A DNA stretch of 64,000 nucleotides from Macrostomum hystrix (taxonomy: Eukaryota > Animalia > Platyhelminthes): positions 124,001 through 188,000 of the forward strand of contig CATNEN010000018.1 in the NCBI GenBank assembly GCA_950097015.1, given 5' to 3'. Every line of letters starts with the position of its first letter. The stretch's first letter is position 1. The notes beneath the pieces were generated by a model. It saw nothing but the letters and a program-made list of their open reading frames with translations. It made no database searches and was not told the DNA's origin. This document shows positions 61,190 through 64,000 of the stretch, one piece after another. Position numbers and translations under genes: made by a program.

Positions 61190-62727
61190 CTTCCAACCCA
61201 GCCTACACTGAAAATGGCTCAGCCCTGAGACCGTCTGTGGACCGAGTCACCGCCCGCCGCCTCTGCCGCTACCCTCCCATCGCGCCGCTGCAGCCACCAA
61301 GAGTCTCCAACTCCAACATCCCCCAGTCCGTGCTGCAGTCGCTCCAGCGAGACATCACCTCTGCCTCATGGCCCTGTCACGTGGTGCACGCAGCTCCTCC
61401 CGGAATGGGGGGCCAGCAGCTCCGAGTGAGCAGCAGCTTCCTGGAGAGGCGACTGCTGCGAAGTCTCAGCACTCTGCAAGGCCAGCTGTTCATCATACTC
61501 AAGTGGCTGCTGAAGAAGAAAATCTCAAACGTCGGCTTCAAGTCCTATCACGCAAAGACCGTCACGTTCCGAATGCTGGAGGAGACACCTGCTGAGCAGT
61601 GGAAGCCGGAGAATCTCGTGAGTCTCACGACACGCTCGCTGCAGATTTTGCTTGACGGTGTGGAGAGCGGCTGCAGATCAGACACACCTGACGGTCGGAT
61701 CCTGGAGCACTTCTTCCTGAGCGATGCCGCTGTGTACCTGAAGGGCTTGAAGTCAGCTGAGAGAGTGAGCGAAGCGTTGAATCGGGCAGCCGGCGCATTG
61801 AGAGACGCCATGGCTGAGCTGCCTCAGCTGCTGCTGCAGTTCGAGGACAGTCTGCGACCCGTCACCGACTCGGGCCGATTCCACTTCCAACCGTTCCTCA
61901 TCCTGCCTCTACTCAATGACCGACCCGTGTCAGAAGCCAAGACATGCGAGTTCCACGAGATCTACGACATCGTGAGAGAGTCCGTGCTTCGTCTGTCCGA
62001 TGGAGACCGCAGCCCGCAGTCCCGAGAGAGTCTCGCAGAGCTGATCAACAAACTGCCAGACTGCGCCCGATCAGCGCGAGAGTCTCTCAGAGCGCTGGCC
62101 TGCCTGAAGTTCGGCGACAGACGCACAGCTGAAAAAGTTGTGAGCGACTGCGGGCCGTTCAGTGCGAGCAGAGGCATCGATTGGGGAGCTGAGAGGTCAG
62201 CGAGAGAGGCCACGGACTTTGTGTGGCAGCACCTGAAGAGCCGAGACTCCGCCTGGAAATTCTGCTTGGAGTTTGACGAGCGACCGAAGCTGCCGATTCA
62301 GCACGAAGTCTTTGCCGACTGCTTTCCGCTGCAGATGATGAACTACAGCACATTATTCTACCTGAACTTTGACGCTCTGCTGCGGGCTCTTTGCAATGAG
62401 TTGACAGTAGCAGGAGACCGGAGCGATCAGGACTGGATCCAGGATGTGGCTCAGAGGGAGGATGCGGATGAGCAGGAGCTGCTGGTGGCTGCGGCGATCT
62501 GCGGAGATCTGGAGCTGCTGCGGCAGCTGCGCAGAAGAATCACTCACGAGCTGTGCCGGCTGCCGGCGTGGCTGCAGCAGAAGATTGAGAGGCTGAGCAG
62601 TCAAGGTGAAGATCGCCAAGACCAAGGTGAATATGCATTTGAGCATTCGAGTCGGAGTCAACTTGCATACCAAGAAAGAAAAACCAGTTGTGGATCCAAA
62701 TGCTGCCGGTGCTGTGTGTGTTTGTGA
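61190..62727 (+). CDS. ANK-cGLR copy B, exon 3 (Mab-21 C-terminal part), ending [15 protein letters not shown]
   Basis: Acceptor TTTTCTCCAG|CT. The spliced CDS is 1280+350+1538 = 3168 nt = 1055 aa. Confidence 0.88.
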
Positions 62728-62894
62728 CCCTAAAGTGGATGCCAAGAAGACGATTCAACCAGAAAATCAGAAAACACATTTTAACAGTAATTCTATGATC
62801 GACTGCAAAGCCATGATAAATGTGGATATGAAAACGAGCCTCAAATCCTGCAGCTCCGACGCCGCCCTCCGCCATTTCCGCAAAATTAATATAG

Positions 62895-64000
62895 AAATTC
62901 AGGCCAGTGACCACTAAACTTCAGGCCATTGACCATTAAACTTCAGGCCAGAGACCATCGAAATTCAGGCCAGAGACCATCGAAATTCAGGCCATTGACC
63001 ATCGAAATTCAGGCCAGAGACCATCGAAATTCAGGCCATTGACCATTAAACTTCAGGCCAGAGACCATAGAAATTCAGGCCAGTGACCATTAAACTTCAG
63101 GCCAGAGACCATCGAAATTCAGGCCAGAGACCATCGAAATTCAGGCCATTGACCATTAAACTTCAGGCCAGAGACCATTGAAATTCAGGCCAGTGACCAT
63201 TAAACTTCAGGCCAGAGACCATCGAAATTCAGGCCAGAGACCATCGAAATTCAGGCCAGTGAATATCGAACTTCAGGCCTGTGGCTATCGAACTTAAGGC
63301 CAGTGACCATCGAACTTCAGGCCAGTGACCATTGAACTTCAGCCTCGTGCTTTCTGAGTGAGTCCTACCTCCTTAGGCCAGTGACCAAATAACTTCCGGC
63401 CAGTGACTATCAAACTTCAGGCCAGTGACCATTGAACTTCAGCCTCGTGCTTTCTGAGAGAGTCCTACCTCCTTAGGGCAGTGACCAAATAACTTCCGGC
63501 CAGTGACCATCGAACTTCAGTCTCGTGCTTTGTGAGAGTCCTACCTCCTTAGGCCAGTGACCTAATAACTTCAGGCCAGTGACTATCAAACTTCAGGCCA
63601 GTGACTATCAAACTTCAGGCCAGAGACCATCGAACCTCAGGCCAGTGAATATCGAACTTCAGGCCTGTGGCTATCGAACTTAAGGCCAGTGACCATCGAA
63701 CTTCAGGCCAGTGACCATTGAACTTCAGCCTCGTGCTTTCTGAGAGAGTCCTACCTCCTTAGGCCAGTGACCAAATAACTTCCGGCCAGTGACTATCGAA
63801 CTTCAGGCCAGTGACCATTGAACTTCAGCCTCGTGCTTTCTGAGAGAGTCCTACCTCCTTAGGCCAGTGACCAAATAACTTCCGGCCAGTGACCATCGAA
63901 CTTCAGTCTCGTGCTTTGTGAGTGAGTCCTACCTCCTTAGGCCAGTGACCTAATAACTTCAGGCCAGTGACTATCAAACTTCAGGCCAGTGACTATCAAA
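62895..64000. repeat. 22/56-bp complex satellite 3' of copy B (continues beyond the window)
   Basis: Same units as 11982..18777. Confidence 0.95.

Overview
This is eukaryotic (invertebrate) DNA with spliceosomal introns. About half of it is mini- and microsatellite. The style suggests a free-living flatworm such as Macrostomum, but that is inference only. Most long ORFs in the supplied track are artefacts of tandem repeats. The main result is that the ankyrin ORF and the two downstream ORFs splice in phase into a single three-exon gene: hydrophobic N-terminus, 11-12 ankyrin repeats, then a Mab-21/cGAS-like nucleotidyltransferase (cGLR). The gene is present twice: 5848..11718 (1116 aa) and 57914..62727 (1055 aa). 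The paralogs differ in ankyrin repeat number and at ligand-facing repeat positions, carry mostly amino-acid-changing differences in the enzyme exons, and differ in a Cys-rich/CaaX-like tail. Both have a tandem array of decoy splice acceptors in intron 1. Other content: a spliced PAN/apple + C-type lectin gene, a DEG/ENaC terminal exon, a pentapeptide-repeat gene, a two-TM gene, a THAP exon, a DUF4806-like gene, decayed IFI44-like GTPase and Tc1/mariner remnants, a tRNA-derived SINE, two hAT-type MITEs with TSDs, and segmental duplications. There are no prokaryotic features, rRNA or CRISPR arrays.
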